Assembly: GCA_030426285.1 (NCBI GenBank)
Contig: JAUHYX010000001.1
Location: 1-40,450 of the forward strand
DNA length: 40,450 bases
Source of the DNA: a bacterium
GTDB taxonomy: Bacteria; Bacteroidota; Ignavibacteria; Kapaibacteriales; UBA7675
Direction of reading: 5' to 3'
Below are positions 1-9,500 of the stretch, in pieces. A model generated the notes under the pieces. The model did no database searches. It was given only the letters and a program-made list of their open reading frames with translations, and had not been told where the DNA came from. The stretch's first letter is position 1; the number at the start of each line of letters is the position of its first letter. The position numbers and the translations under genes are program-made.

Positions 1-284
1 GACGAGAACAAACGAAACCGAATAGCACTGTGCAGCGCATTATCAACCAAATGTTTGGGCGAGCGAGCAACATGGGTTTCACTGCCAAAATCAGCCACCA
101 TGTCGAGCACCGTAAACCACCCCATCACCGTTGCATACGTGCCCAACTCACTCGCACCGCCTACTCTCGCGATTACCACAACAAGCACAACTCCTGCTGC
201 AACTGTCACGGTATCAGCGCCGGCAAGTTGCATCACTGCTTTTGCAAGATGTTCGGTTATCGTAACTTTGTTTTGCGGCTTCAT
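1..284 (-). CDS. Partial CDS (N-terminus only, runs off the left edge): polysaccharide/oligosaccharide flippase-like (Wzx/PST-family-like) membrane protein
   Basis: Absent from the ORF track because it has no stop inside the window. The reverse-strand ATG at 284..282 opens a stop-free frame to the edge: MKPQNKVTITEHLAKAVMQLAGADTVTVAAGVVLVVVIARVGGASELGTYATVMGWFTVLDMVADFGSETHVAR... A hydrophobic helix followed by an ARxGGxxxxGxY-type pattern resembles PST flippase N-termini. The same-phase + ORF 30..359 translates to His/Cys-rich junk. Confidence 0.45.
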   Translation of the reverse strand, partial: MKPQNKVTITEHLAKAVMQLAGADTVTVAAGVVLVVVIARVGGASELGTYATVMGWFTVLDMVADFGSETHVARSPKHLVDNALHSAIRFRLFS

Positions 285-337
285 TCAGCAAAAATACACA
301 GATCTATACTTATTGGTCACCCAGAGTCGGGAGCACT

Positions 338-1249
338 TTGCAACAAAAAGAAGACTTGAGCATTCGAATCTGGCGATTCGGCGTCAATATGTACAATCAT
401 ATCGACACCGTAATTTCCTCTGCGGTAAAGCACCACATCTTTTTGCTGGCAGCGGGTATCACGTACAATGTGATCATGTTTTTTCTGCCCTGCATTCTTG
501 TGGCCGTGTTTTTTGCTGGTGTCTTCACCACTCCTGAGCAAATATACGATCCACTTGAAAGTGCCGTGGAGCGAATTTTGCCGGACGCAGACGCGACGAA
601 GCAAATCCGGTCAGTACTCGAAAATGAGCTGCACGTTGCGTTTGACAAGAGCTCAAGCATTGGTTGGATTGGTATTCCATTCTTGCTGTGGCTCTCAACG
701 ACATTGTTTTCTTCGTTGCGAACAGGACTCAATGGGATTTTTGAAATACATCAGCCCGGCTTTTTCCTCAAGTACATATTTAAAGACATCCTTCTGCAAG
801 CAATCTTCACCGTACTTCTCATTCTTTCTGGTGTTAGCGGTGCTCTTGTTACCGTGGTAGACTGGGTGTTTAGCAATGCACAATGGGTGCCACCTCAGTT
901 TGTGACATTTATGCACGACACGACCGGTGCCGCACTAGCAGCAACGATCACGGTTGTGTTCTTTTTGTTTCTCTACTATTTCATTCCAGCGCAACGCTTG
1001 CCGCGATTTGTTCTGTTTTGGTGCACCCTTATCAGCACAGTGCTCTGGGAAGCATCAAGAGTTGCCTTTTCCCTTTGGGCACCAACCATGATCTCAACAT
1101 ATGGCGGTATTTACGGTGCGTACGGACTCTTCGCCATCACAATTGTGTGGTTGTACTACTCGAGCTTTATCCTGCTGTTTAGCGCTGAGATAGCAAAACA
1201 CATGCACGAAGTTCGCGAACGCAAGCGCAAAATAACTTCTAACGTGTAG
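338..1249 (+). CDS. YihY/BrkB (ribonuclease BN-like) family integral membrane protein
   Basis: 303 aa with about six hydrophobic helices. The N-terminal HIFLLAAGITYNVIMFFLPCILV matches the AAxxAYxxxxSxxP-type start of the YihY family. TTG start at 338; an ATG at 389 is an alternative. Confidence 0.75.
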   Translation: MQQKEDLSIRIWRFGVNMYNHIDTVISSAVKHHIFLLAAGITYNVIMFFLPCILVAVFFAGVFTTPEQIYDPLESAVERILPDADATKQIRSVLENELHVAFDKSSSIGWIGIPFLLWLSTTLFSSLRTGLNGIFEIHQPGFFLKYIFKDILLQAIFTVLLILSGVSGALVTVVDWVFSNAQWVPPQFVTFMHDTTGAALAATITVVFFLFLYYFIPAQRLPRFVLFWCTLISTVLWEASRVAFSLWAPTMISTYGGIYGAYGLFAITIVWLYYSSFILLFSAEIAKHMHEVRERKRKITSNV

Positions 1250-1267
1250 GACAATTGGATACACCTG

Positions 1268-1831
1268 CTAGAATGCAACTTCAGCATTCCACTCAACATC
1301 AGGGACGCCAAGAGCAGCATTTACACGTCTGGCAGCAACAAACAAAAAATCGGAAAGTCGATTCAGAAACATCACAGCAAACTCACCGATCTCTTCTGTT
1401 TCAGCAAGTGTTACTGCACATCTCTCTGCTCTCCTGCACACAGTACGCGCCACATGTAGTTGTGCTGAATGCATGCTTCCGCCGGGCAAAATAAAAGCCT
1501 TCAGCGGTTCTAGATCAGATTCCATTGAGTCGATTTGTTGCTCCAACCAGTGGATGTGTTCCTTGCCAATTCGAGGGATGTCAAAAGAAGGAGGCGGAGT
1601 CAAGGGTGTCGCCAAATCCGAACCGAGGTTGAACAGAAGGTGTGAAACTGTTGTGATGGTATCTGATACTGGAGGTACGTTATCTAGGCTCAAAAACACT
1701 CCCAGTACAGCATTTAATTCATCTACTGCTCCATATGCCTCAATACGAATACTGTTTTTCGGAACTCTTTGACCACCAAACAATCCCGTTGTTCCCTTGT
1801 CACCAGTTTTTGTGTATATCTTTGTTGCCAT
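1268..1831 (-). CDS. pduO: PduO-type ATP:cob(I)alamin adenosyltransferase
   Basis: 187 aa. The N-terminus MATKIYTKTGDKGTTGLFGGQRVPKNSIRIEAYGAVDELNAVLG is the canonical PduO-type (Cob_adeno_trans) signature. Confidence 0.9.
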   Translation of the reverse strand: MATKIYTKTGDKGTTGLFGGQRVPKNSIRIEAYGAVDELNAVLGVFLSLDNVPPVSDTITTVSHLLFNLGSDLATPLTPPPSFDIPRIGKEHIHWLEQQIDSMESDLEPLKAFILPGGSMHSAQLHVARTVCRRAERCAVTLAETEEIGEFAVMFLNRLSDFLFVAARRVNAALGVPDVEWNAEVAF

Positions 1832-1907
1832 GATTCGATGCTATGTGAATGTTGCTATTAATCGTATTTTCTTTTCTGATGTTCTCATGTAAAACTAAGG
1901 ATTGTTC

Positions 1908-2729
1908 ATGTCATCTAACGAACAACAATTGGCAAAAGTACTTTTTATTGGAGACACAGTTGGTGCAGCGGGGTTCAAAGCTGTAGTGCAACAGCTGTCT
2001 GGCATCAAACAAGAGGTTGGTGCTGACTTTTGTATCGTGAACGGCGAGAACATTGTGAAAGGGAAGGGCCTTTCTGCAGTTGAAGCAAAAGCACTGTTTG
2101 AAGCGGGTGCAGATGTTATTACGACTGGCAACCATATTTGGGAAAATTGGAAGGCCAGACCCCTTCTCGCAGAAGACAGAAGAGTGCTGCGTCCTCTCAA
2201 CTATCCGCGTCGCAATCCCGGTTGGGGATATGTTGTGATGGACTTATTACCCGATGTTCAAATCGGCGTACTTCAAATTCAAGGGCGCGTGTATATGCAG
2301 TCTATCGACTGTCCTTTTGCTGCTGCCGAAAAGGCGGTTGCGCGTATACGGGAATCCACGCCGGTGGTATTTGTAGATTTCCACGCAGAAGCAACAGCAG
2401 AAAAGGGTGCGATGGCTTGGTTTCTCGACGGGCAAGTGAGCTGCATTGCTGGAACGCACACCCATATTCAAACCAATGATGCACGTATCATGCCTCAGGG
2501 AACAGCATTTATTACAGATGTAGGTATGTCTGGCCCCTTTGATTCAGTTCTTGGGCTTCGTAAAGACGTAGCACTGCGGAGATTTACGCTGCAAACTCCG
2601 CATAAGTACGAAGAGGCTACAGACGATGTGCGCATCAGTGGAATTACGGTCACAATTGATGTCAAAACAGGAAATGCACAAGAGATAAAGGCCTTTACAT
2701 TACCAGACTTCACCACTTCTGTATTGTAG
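1908..2729 (+). CDS. ymdB: YmdB-like metallophosphoesterase (TIGR00282 family, 2',3'-cyclic-nucleotide phosphodiesterase type)
   Basis: Motifs VLFIGDTVG, NGENIVKGKGL, TTGNHIWE and GTHTHIQTND match the YmdB family. The track ORF starts at TTG 1902; I prefer ATG 1908, which follows AAGGA by 6 nt. Confidence 0.9.
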   Translation: MSSNEQQLAKVLFIGDTVGAAGFKAVVQQLSGIKQEVGADFCIVNGENIVKGKGLSAVEAKALFEAGADVITTGNHIWENWKARPLLAEDRRVLRPLNYPRRNPGWGYVVMDLLPDVQIGVLQIQGRVYMQSIDCPFAAAEKAVARIRESTPVVFVDFHAEATAEKGAMAWFLDGQVSCIAGTHTHIQTNDARIMPQGTAFITDVGMSGPFDSVLGLRKDVALRRFTLQTPHKYEEATDDVRISGITVTIDVKTGNAQEIKAFTLPDFTTSVL

Positions 2730-2757
2730 CCTGCTGGTTTTCTTGTTAACATGCCAC

Positions 2758-2961
2758 ATGATTACACTCACACGCATAGACAATTCCCGGGTAACAGTAA
2801 ACGCCGATGAGATAGAGTTGGTAGAAGCTCAACATGATTGCATTGTCACGCTCAGGAGTGGTAAACGCCTCATTGTTAGGGAATCGCCTGCCGAAATAAC
2901 CGAACTAGTCGTGGAGTACCGCAGAAAGTGCTTTATCGAACGGTATTCCTCTACCTCGTAG
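2758..2961 (+). CDS. FlbD-like small protein (flagellar FlbD family, PF06289-like)
   Basis: MITLTRIDNSRVTVNADEIELVEAQHDCIVTLRSGKRLIVRESPAEITELVVEYRRK follows the FlbD pattern MIxLTRLNGxxxxxNxxxIExxxxxPDTxITLxxGxKxxVxESxxEV. The track ORF starts at TTG 2743; ATG 2758 gives the canonical MIxLTR N-terminus. Confidence 0.7.
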   Translation: MITLTRIDNSRVTVNADEIELVEAQHDCIVTLRSGKRLIVRESPAEITELVVEYRRKCFIERYSSTS

Positions 2962-4775
2962 TTCTTTGTGTTCTGACGTCAACCAATACGTTGGCCGAGT
3001 CGTCGCAGAGTGTACCTCATGATTCAACAAATGTTGCTACAGTTCTCGTAGATCACTCGTTGCCAGACAGTTGGTTGCTGTCGTCTGTGTTTCGCGGCGC
3101 GGTGGATATAGACTCTTCACATTCCTTTGTTTGGAGCAACAACTTGTTCGGAAGAGTGTTAGAATCATCGGCTCCCAACCGCTTCAACAATTCTCTTAGA
3201 CTCGATCACGAATGGCGTTTGAGCGAGCGCATTGACCTTGTGAATACACACACATCAGCTGTCCAGACAGATGCTGAGTTTGCGCGCGCATCTCTTCTCT
3301 CTGGAGCGAAATACAACATCAATCGCTCTTCATTTGTTTCGGCACAAGCAGGTCCAGTCATTGATCGCCTGCGCTCGTACCAAGATGCTGGACTAGGTAT
3401 CGCAGCCACCGCCGAAACAGAGAACACATGGGTGCAAGATGTTCTGCTCTCGGCCGCTATAGACGCCGAGATGGACCTTTTAGCTCATCAGCGACAGAAT
3501 GCAGACATCGACGCATTCGCGAGAGCTGTGTATGCGGACCAAGGTGGCGGTTCCATGAGTGTCGAAGCAAAGTATGGTCGTACAAACAGAGACTACTACA
3601 CGAGTCTGCTCAGCAGTCGACACATCGCAACACGACAAGAGCAGCTGGTTGCCATCAACCTTGTGCTCAACTATCCCGTCGGCAAAGACACTTGGTTTTA
3701 CCTCGCCACGCGCGGCGACATGAAATCTGTAACTCGTTTTGACAGAACCCCGCTCGCCGAAGAGTTGTCTCTTGTTCAACGTGAGTATGACGAGTCTGCG
3801 TTGGCAATTGAGGCAGTTTTTAGTACTTCTTACAACGAAGGTCATGCATCTCTTGGCGTTCTGGTTGAAACAAACAATCACGATAACACAGTTCGTAGAC
3901 GCTTTGACGCCGAAGACGAAACCTTGTCAATTCTCCGAGATCGGTTTGCGAGGTTAGATAACTCCCAGGCATTTCGCTCAGTGTTTACTCATATTTCTCA
4001 GCAAGTTGGCAATCGCGATACGCTGTCGATGTCGGCTTCTGTCGGTCTGTTGAGATACGATACCCCTTCTTCCGAGAATGTTGACGACAGAGATGAGTTG
4101 AGATATGCTGCGGGTTTGTATTGGAGAAGAAGTTTTTCACAGTTTCTACATTTCGAAGTAGCTGCTGAGCTTGACCTGTTCCACAAGGTGTATGTATTCA
4201 GTGAATCGAGCGCCCAAAACAACTGGAACAGGGTAATAAGGCTCGCGCCGACAGTTTCTGTTGTTTCTGGCCCTGTTGTCAATGCTGCTACATTTGAGGT
4301 ATTGGCAAACTATACTACATATGATTTTGAGAACACATCGGCATTGCCCCGGTCATTCAGTTTGCGACAGCTGAGATTGCGCGATTCTCTCACTGTCCAA
4401 CTTTCGTCGTCTGAATTTTTTATAGCCGAAGGAACATTGCGTTTTTTTGATCGCAGTGTCCTTTACTGGAACACATTTTCTGAGTCTCCCTTTGAAACAA
4501 ATACCGAGTATAGCGTTTCTCTGCTCTTGGGGAGCCGCCGAGTTCCACGAGTTACCATTGGCGCTGGCGTCTTGCTGTACAATCTCAACAAGGAGCCGTT
4601 GCAGGGCGGTAAAACCATCCAGCGTCAGACCATTGGTCCACAAATACAAGCAGAACTAAGGCTGTTTGAAAACACGGTCGTAGATTTTGACTTTTGGTAC
4701 GAGTTTGTTTTTGACGGTGAGTTTGAAATTCGCAGATTACCATTTGTACGAATTGAATCAAGAGTAGAGTTTTGA
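2928..4775 (+). CDS. Predicted outer-membrane beta-barrel protein, family not recognised
   Basis: 615 aa with signal peptide MLYRTVFLYLVVLCVLTSTNTLA/ES. Alternating hydrophobic/polar strands run throughout and the C-terminus is ...RIESRVEF, with the terminal aromatic typical of OMPs. GTG start. Overlaps the previous gene by 34 nt and the next by 4 nt (TTGA). Confidence 0.6.
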   Translation: MLYRTVFLYLVVLCVLTSTNTLAESSQSVPHDSTNVATVLVDHSLPDSWLLSSVFRGAVDIDSSHSFVWSNNLFGRVLESSAPNRFNNSLRLDHEWRLSERIDLVNTHTSAVQTDAEFARASLLSGAKYNINRSSFVSAQAGPVIDRLRSYQDAGLGIAATAETENTWVQDVLLSAAIDAEMDLLAHQRQNADIDAFARAVYADQGGGSMSVEAKYGRTNRDYYTSLLSSRHIATRQEQLVAINLVLNYPVGKDTWFYLATRGDMKSVTRFDRTPLAEELSLVQREYDESALAIEAVFSTSYNEGHASLGVLVETNNHDNTVRRRFDAEDETLSILRDRFARLDNSQAFRSVFTHISQQVGNRDTLSMSASVGLLRYDTPSSENVDDRDELRYAAGLYWRRSFSQFLHFEVAAELDLFHKVYVFSESSAQNNWNRVIRLAPTVSVVSGPVVNAATFEVLANYTTYDFENTSALPRSFSLRQLRLRDSLTVQLSSSEFFIAEGTLRFFDRSVLYWNTFSESPFETNTEYSVSLLLGSRRVPRVTIGAGVLLYNLNKEPLQGGKTIQRQTIGPQIQAELRLFENTVVDFDFWYEFVFDGEFEIRRLPFVRIESRVEF

Positions 4776-5206
4776 GAGAGTTTCCAACAGAAAATAGAAT
4801 CGATACGTCATTTCACTCTGACTCAAAGGTCTTACCGCAAATTGAGGCTTTTGTGAGAGACGCAGTGGTCCGCTTGATCGGAACCGTGCCAGACGAACAT
4901 TTGTACAATGTCTTTCTGGTAGCTACAGAGGCCGCCAACAATGCTATTGTGCACGGTAACAAAGCGGATGGAGTTTCTGAGTTCAACTTTAGTATTGCTT
5001 GGGATTCCCCCCTGTTGTGGATGCAAACAAAAGACAATGGCGCTGGTTTTAATCCCGATGAACTGCCGGATCCCACATCTCCTGAAAACCTCCTCTCTGC
5101 TGGTGGACGCGGGATATTCCTGATCAAGAGTTTCTGCGAAGAGTTTACCGTTATTCACAATGGCAGTCACAACATCGTCACAATGGCACTTAGGCTTGAG
5201 CTATAG
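4772..5206 (+). CDS. RsbW/SpoIIAB-like anti-sigma regulatory Ser/Thr kinase (HATPase_c_2 type)
   Basis: 144 aa. N-box EAANNAIVHGN, G1 DNGAGF, G2 GGRGIFLIKSF. The TTG start overlaps the stop of the OMP gene. Confidence 0.75.
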   Translation: MREFPTENRIDTSFHSDSKVLPQIEAFVRDAVVRLIGTVPDEHLYNVFLVATEAANNAIVHGNKADGVSEFNFSIAWDSPLLWMQTKDNGAGFNPDELPDPTSPENLLSAGGRGIFLIKSFCEEFTVIHNGSHNIVTMALRLEL

Positions 5207-6521
5207 ATTCAGTCATTCTGCCATTTGGCTATATGTAGCTTCCTTTGCAGCAATTCCCTTGTTGCCGCAGAATCAAACGTCAACACCCCTTCTGCTAGTG
5301 CTTTTTGGAATTCAGAGTCTTTCAGCAGGCATGGTGTTGTTTGGGACATCAGATACACATGTTGCAACCTCGCGATACAAACTTGAAGTAGCATTTTGGG
5401 TGCCTCGTTTGCTGCTGCTGTTTATGTTGCCATGGCTCTCAGACGACGTGTATCGCTATCTCTGGGACGGGTTGGTTGCGGCAAACGGAATAAACCCATT
5501 TGCTGCCACACCTCAGGAACTAACGTTGTTGAGCAACGCATTCCCAACATTGTACGAACACACCGCGTACAAGGATGTGTACACAACATATCCTCCCTTG
5601 TCCCAACTTCTGTTCATGGTGCCTGGTTATGTCATTCTACTGACGAAAAGCTGGTTCGCCGGTTTGATGGTGTTCAAACTCATGCTTGTAGCAGCAGAAT
5701 ACATTGCTTTGAAATGCTTTCGTGACATTGGCTCACACGCAGCTTGGTATGTACTATGTCCACTCCCTGTCGTTGAGCTCGCAGGTCAGGGACATCTTGA
5801 CGGCTTTCTCCTACTACCAATTGCGCTTTTCTTTCTCTCTCTTAAACGAACCTGGTCTCCCAAACAGTTTGTTGGAGTCGTTGTTTCTCTCTCTTCACTT
5901 GCGCTTCTCAAAGTGTACCCGGCAATTGCCGCTTTGACGTTGTTGAGGAATGCTCGGTGGACACTTCAACGAACGACGCTTGTGTGGACGATATCAGCTC
6001 TCGTTTCCGCAGCTTGTGTGTACGCGTACCTGCACAATGATGTGATTGCAAGCGGAGTTGTTGAGTCTTTGCAAGCATACAGCCTCACGCTGCAATTCAA
6101 CGCAGTTCCTATGTACATGATCAAAAATGTACTAGCGGTGTTTGGTATTGAAGCGTACTGGGAAATCGCGCCATTCATCGTGAATGTTCTGAGATTGTGC
6201 GGCGTTATTGCTGTCGCGATGGTTTTTAGGTCGCGCACAATGTCACAAGTGGCTCGAACAGTTCTCGCCTTACTACTTGTGACGATTCTATTGTCAAGCA
6301 AGGTGCATGTGTGGTACTTTGTGCCGTTACTGTTCGTAAACACCAAACTTCGATATTCTTGGGTTTGGGGCATGTGCTGCCTGTCTATGTTCACATACGC
6401 CGCATATACTGGCAAAGAATTTCAAGAACAGTACGCGCTACAGTATGCGCTTTGGGTACTCGTTGCTAGCTGGGCCGTTGTTGAATTGCGTTTTTATCGA
6501 ACACGCGACAAACAGTCTTGA
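5160..6521 (+). CDS. GT-C fold integral-membrane glycosyltransferase (PIG-M / GT87 / DUF2029-like mannosyltransferase type)
   Basis: 453 aa with more than 10 predicted TM helices. The first-loop motif SDDVYRYLWDGLVAANGINPF...YTTYPPLSQLLF resembles the acidic DxD-type loop of PIG-M/PimE-like GT-C enzymes. Start uncertain: ATG 5160 overlaps the upstream gene by 47 nt, and TTG 5196 is an alternative. Confidence 0.55.
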   Translation: MAVTTSSQWHLGLSYRFSHSAIWLYVASFAAIPLLPQNQTSTPLLLVLFGIQSLSAGMVLFGTSDTHVATSRYKLEVAFWVPRLLLLFMLPWLSDDVYRYLWDGLVAANGINPFAATPQELTLLSNAFPTLYEHTAYKDVYTTYPPLSQLLFMVPGYVILLTKSWFAGLMVFKLMLVAAEYIALKCFRDIGSHAAWYVLCPLPVVELAGQGHLDGFLLLPIALFFLSLKRTWSPKQFVGVVVSLSSLALLKVYPAIAALTLLRNARWTLQRTTLVWTISALVSAACVYAYLHNDVIASGVVESLQAYSLTLQFNAVPMYMIKNVLAVFGIEAYWEIAPFIVNVLRLCGVIAVAMVFRSRTMSQVARTVLALLLVTILLSSKVHVWYFVPLLFVNTKLRYSWVWGMCCLSMFTYAAYTGKEFQEQYALQYALWVLVASWAVVELRFYRTRDKQS

Positions 6522-9500
6522 AGTCACAGCTCTGACAGTATGTTGTTTTTTCTGCTAGTGTAAACACGCCCCGTTTTAGGTCATCAACAAAGGCGAGCGC
6601 ATGCGATTGTGTCGCCTCGTACAATTCACTCTTTTGATACTTTCCACTCGCGTCAAAAATGTCGACACTTCGTTTCGAGTCTGATAAGTTTGGGGCACCG
6701 GAAACGTACAATGCAGACACAACTGACACAGTTTCCCCAAACTGTTGTGTTGCCAAAGCTTCCAGTGCGGCGGCATAAAGCGTCATTTGAAAACGTTGAC
6801 CAAGCAAATACGATCTCTGGTTATACTGTTCAACCTTTCCTGTTTTATAGTCAACCACACGCATCTCAATTGTGTCTTCTCTTCGCCGCACATCAACTCT
6901 ATCAACAATGCCACGCACAGCAATGCCGTCGAACACTTGAACGGGCGTATTGTCGTTGGCGGCAAGCAAATCAAATTCCGTTGCCAACACCTGCCATTCA
7001 CCCTCAAACAACTGATCAAACACTTGATCAACCAAACGCGTGAGTACCCCAGTTCGCACACCGTCACCGAGTGTGTGTATACTCAAGGTATTGACTGCAC
7101 TGTGAGACTTATGAGAATGCGTGTATGTTTGCGTAATAGATTGTATTATTTCGAGATACTCCGAACGTTTTTCAGGGTTCAACTGAATGGGGGTAAGTCC
7201 TAGCACCTGTATTTGCTGTCTGTCTGACGTCTCTTGACCATTGTTCTGATCCTGCTCATTGCGTACATGTGTAAGAAAATCATCCAATATTTGGTGTACG
7301 ATGAGTCCCCTTTCTCTGCTTTCAAGTTCTAAACCATATTCCGTTTTTTCGCTCAAGCGCAAAAACCTAGACAGCAGTGTTTTGTAACCACATTGTGCAT
7401 ACTGCTCCATGAATGACGGAGAGATGCCACCTGCAAGGATGTTGTTAACTCTTTGCAGTACCTCACTATTGTCGGACGCAATGATTCCGGTGTTCAACTC
7501 GCCAAACTCATGAGGCAGGATTTCAGCGGCAATATTGGAGACATCGGCTTGCCTAATCCCACCCGGTAAACGGAAGTGAAGTTCGCGAACAAAAGAGCTC
7601 TCCATTGTTTCGACAGACTGCAGCATCATTGGATAAGACAAATACACTCTTTTTGTTCCAACTGCAAAAGCATCTTCGTTATTGGTCAATGCTATGATGA
7701 AATCTGTCTTCTCTCTGTCATAAAACGCTACACTCGTTTCGGGCAACTCCCGCCCTAAAAACACTTCGGGCTGGTAGGAGCGAGGAAAAGCTCCTTCATA
7801 CATACCACACAAAAACACGATTCTATAGTCTATGCCTCTCACCTGCTCAGTTGTCGTGAGCAATACTCCATCTTCTCCAACCTCCTTTGCATTGTACCTT
7901 GCCCTTCTCGACGCCATATCTAGCGTTGCTACAAACTCTGAGAAGTGCATACGATCTTGAGATTCGAGTATGTTGGGGTACACAGATATCGTATTGAGAA
8001 CATGTTCAAAACTCCTCGCTGCTGCAGCTAACAATTCACTCTCCGAAAGTAGGCCGGGGGTGTGTTCGTAGAGCTCTCGTACAGTTTTGAAGAACGCAAC
8101 GACGTGGGAAGACAATGCCCCAGACTCGATTAAAAGACCACGCAGAGTTTGAGTCCAAGCTTGTACTGGCTGTGAGGTGCGAGGAAAATTCTGTGCAAAT
8201 TGTTGTAGTTCTTCCCCAACGTCTTTTCCGTTTTCTTGGCATGCCTCGTCGATAATACTATTCCACGCCTGCAGACCACCGGCTGCAAATCCGCCATTGA
8301 ACCTCATTTTTTCTGCAATTAAACAGATTTCGTTCACATGCGCAGAAGTCTCCGGCAACACAATTCGACCCAATGGCGACTGGCATGCCATTGCAAGGTC
8401 TTCTGTTCTAAAACCTTGCAAAGGTAAAGCAAGCACCGTCTTGATGTCAGCGTACAACGATGACGATGAAAGTGTATTTCGTTCGGAAGAATTAAATGGT
8501 ATGTTCGCGGCCGTGCAGGCGCTGGACAACAGTCGTGAATAGACTTCTGGTGCGCGGGTGAGCACACAGATCTCGGCTGGATCTATACCACTTCTGATAA
8601 GTTCTACTATTTCACGTGTAATCCATTGTACTTCTTCTCGCGGGTTGAGCGCTTTGTACAACTGAAAGCAGCCTGGATTGCGGGAAACCTTGTTCGAGCT
8701 ACTAGAAAACAGTGCTGCGTGCAATTCCGTACAAACATTAGAGTTGCGCTGCTCACTGCTATGAACGTACCAGCCCTGCTGCGTCAATCGCTGTGTAACT
8801 TCTCGAACATGAGAAAAAGCACCGTCGTTGACTTGAGCTCCTTCCAAAAACAAAGTTATTTCATTTTCAGATGCTCCAAGCCACTCTAGAAACTGAATTT
8901 CTGGCTCTGTGAATTCGTGAAAACCGGCAAGTGCGATGTGTCGATTTTTTGTCAAATCCTTAGCGACGTTGGAATCCAGCTGCGTAATAGCTACGATCAA
9001 AGAGGCATAGTCGTGGAGTCCACTCGCCAAGAGCAACTCTTCATACCGCTCAACAATAGCTGTAATGTCTTCATAGCGTTTTGCATCCACGATACCTGCT
9101 TCTGCGTCGTTGCGCATAGCTGCCGCTGTAAGTCCATCTCTTCGGAGACCGGCAACAATATGCATAAGCCTCAGTGTTGCCGCTGTTGAAACCGTGTCGT
9201 TAAACGAAAAGTACTGAAGGTCAGCCGTAGAAATGGCCTTAACAATCAGGTAGTCTCTCTGTTCGGGCGTACACATCCGCAGTCGCAAACCTGCAAGGCG
9301 CATGGTCTTTCGTATCAACGAATCTAGGGTGTCAATCGAAATATCTGTGCACCCCTGACCACGTATGTACTCTGTTCGGATCAGTTGTTTGTGGAGCGCG
9401 CGCTTGAAACGACCGGTTGCAACCACAAAGTGCGTGTTGCCAACTTGAGATGAATTGTGCAGATTGCCGACGTATGAGTCGAATGTGACGAACGATTGCG

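Noticed and set aside
30-537. + strand ORFs 30..359 and 55..537 at the left edge
   Set aside because: Their translations are His/Cys/Arg-rich nonsense. The reverse strand of 1..284 gives a plausible membrane-protein N-terminus, and 338..1249 gives a YihY-family protein in a different frame.
1832-1907. Possible cobalamin riboswitch upstream of the PduO-type adenosyltransferase
   Set aside because: Only about 70 nt separate it from the divergent ymdB gene. That is too short for a B12 element, and no B12-box-like sequence is visible.
5186-5203. Sigma-54-like promoter elements: TGGCAC-ttagg-CTTGA at about 5186..5201. I also scanned all intergenic regions for TGGCAC-N5-TTGC.
   Set aside because: The -12 element does not match TTGC and the site is inside coding sequence. 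No intergenic region, including those upstream of the giant gene and the GT2, has a GG-N10-GC match with correct spacing.
5966-6415. 149-aa minus-strand ORF inside the GT-C gene. Similar antisense ORFs occur at 35163..35561 (in the GT2 gene), 39171..39590 (in the IDH gene), 12035..12430 (in the DUF3109-like gene) and 3480..3881 (in the OMP gene).
   Set aside because: Each is fully embedded antisense in a gene with strong family motifs, and none has recognisable motifs of its own.
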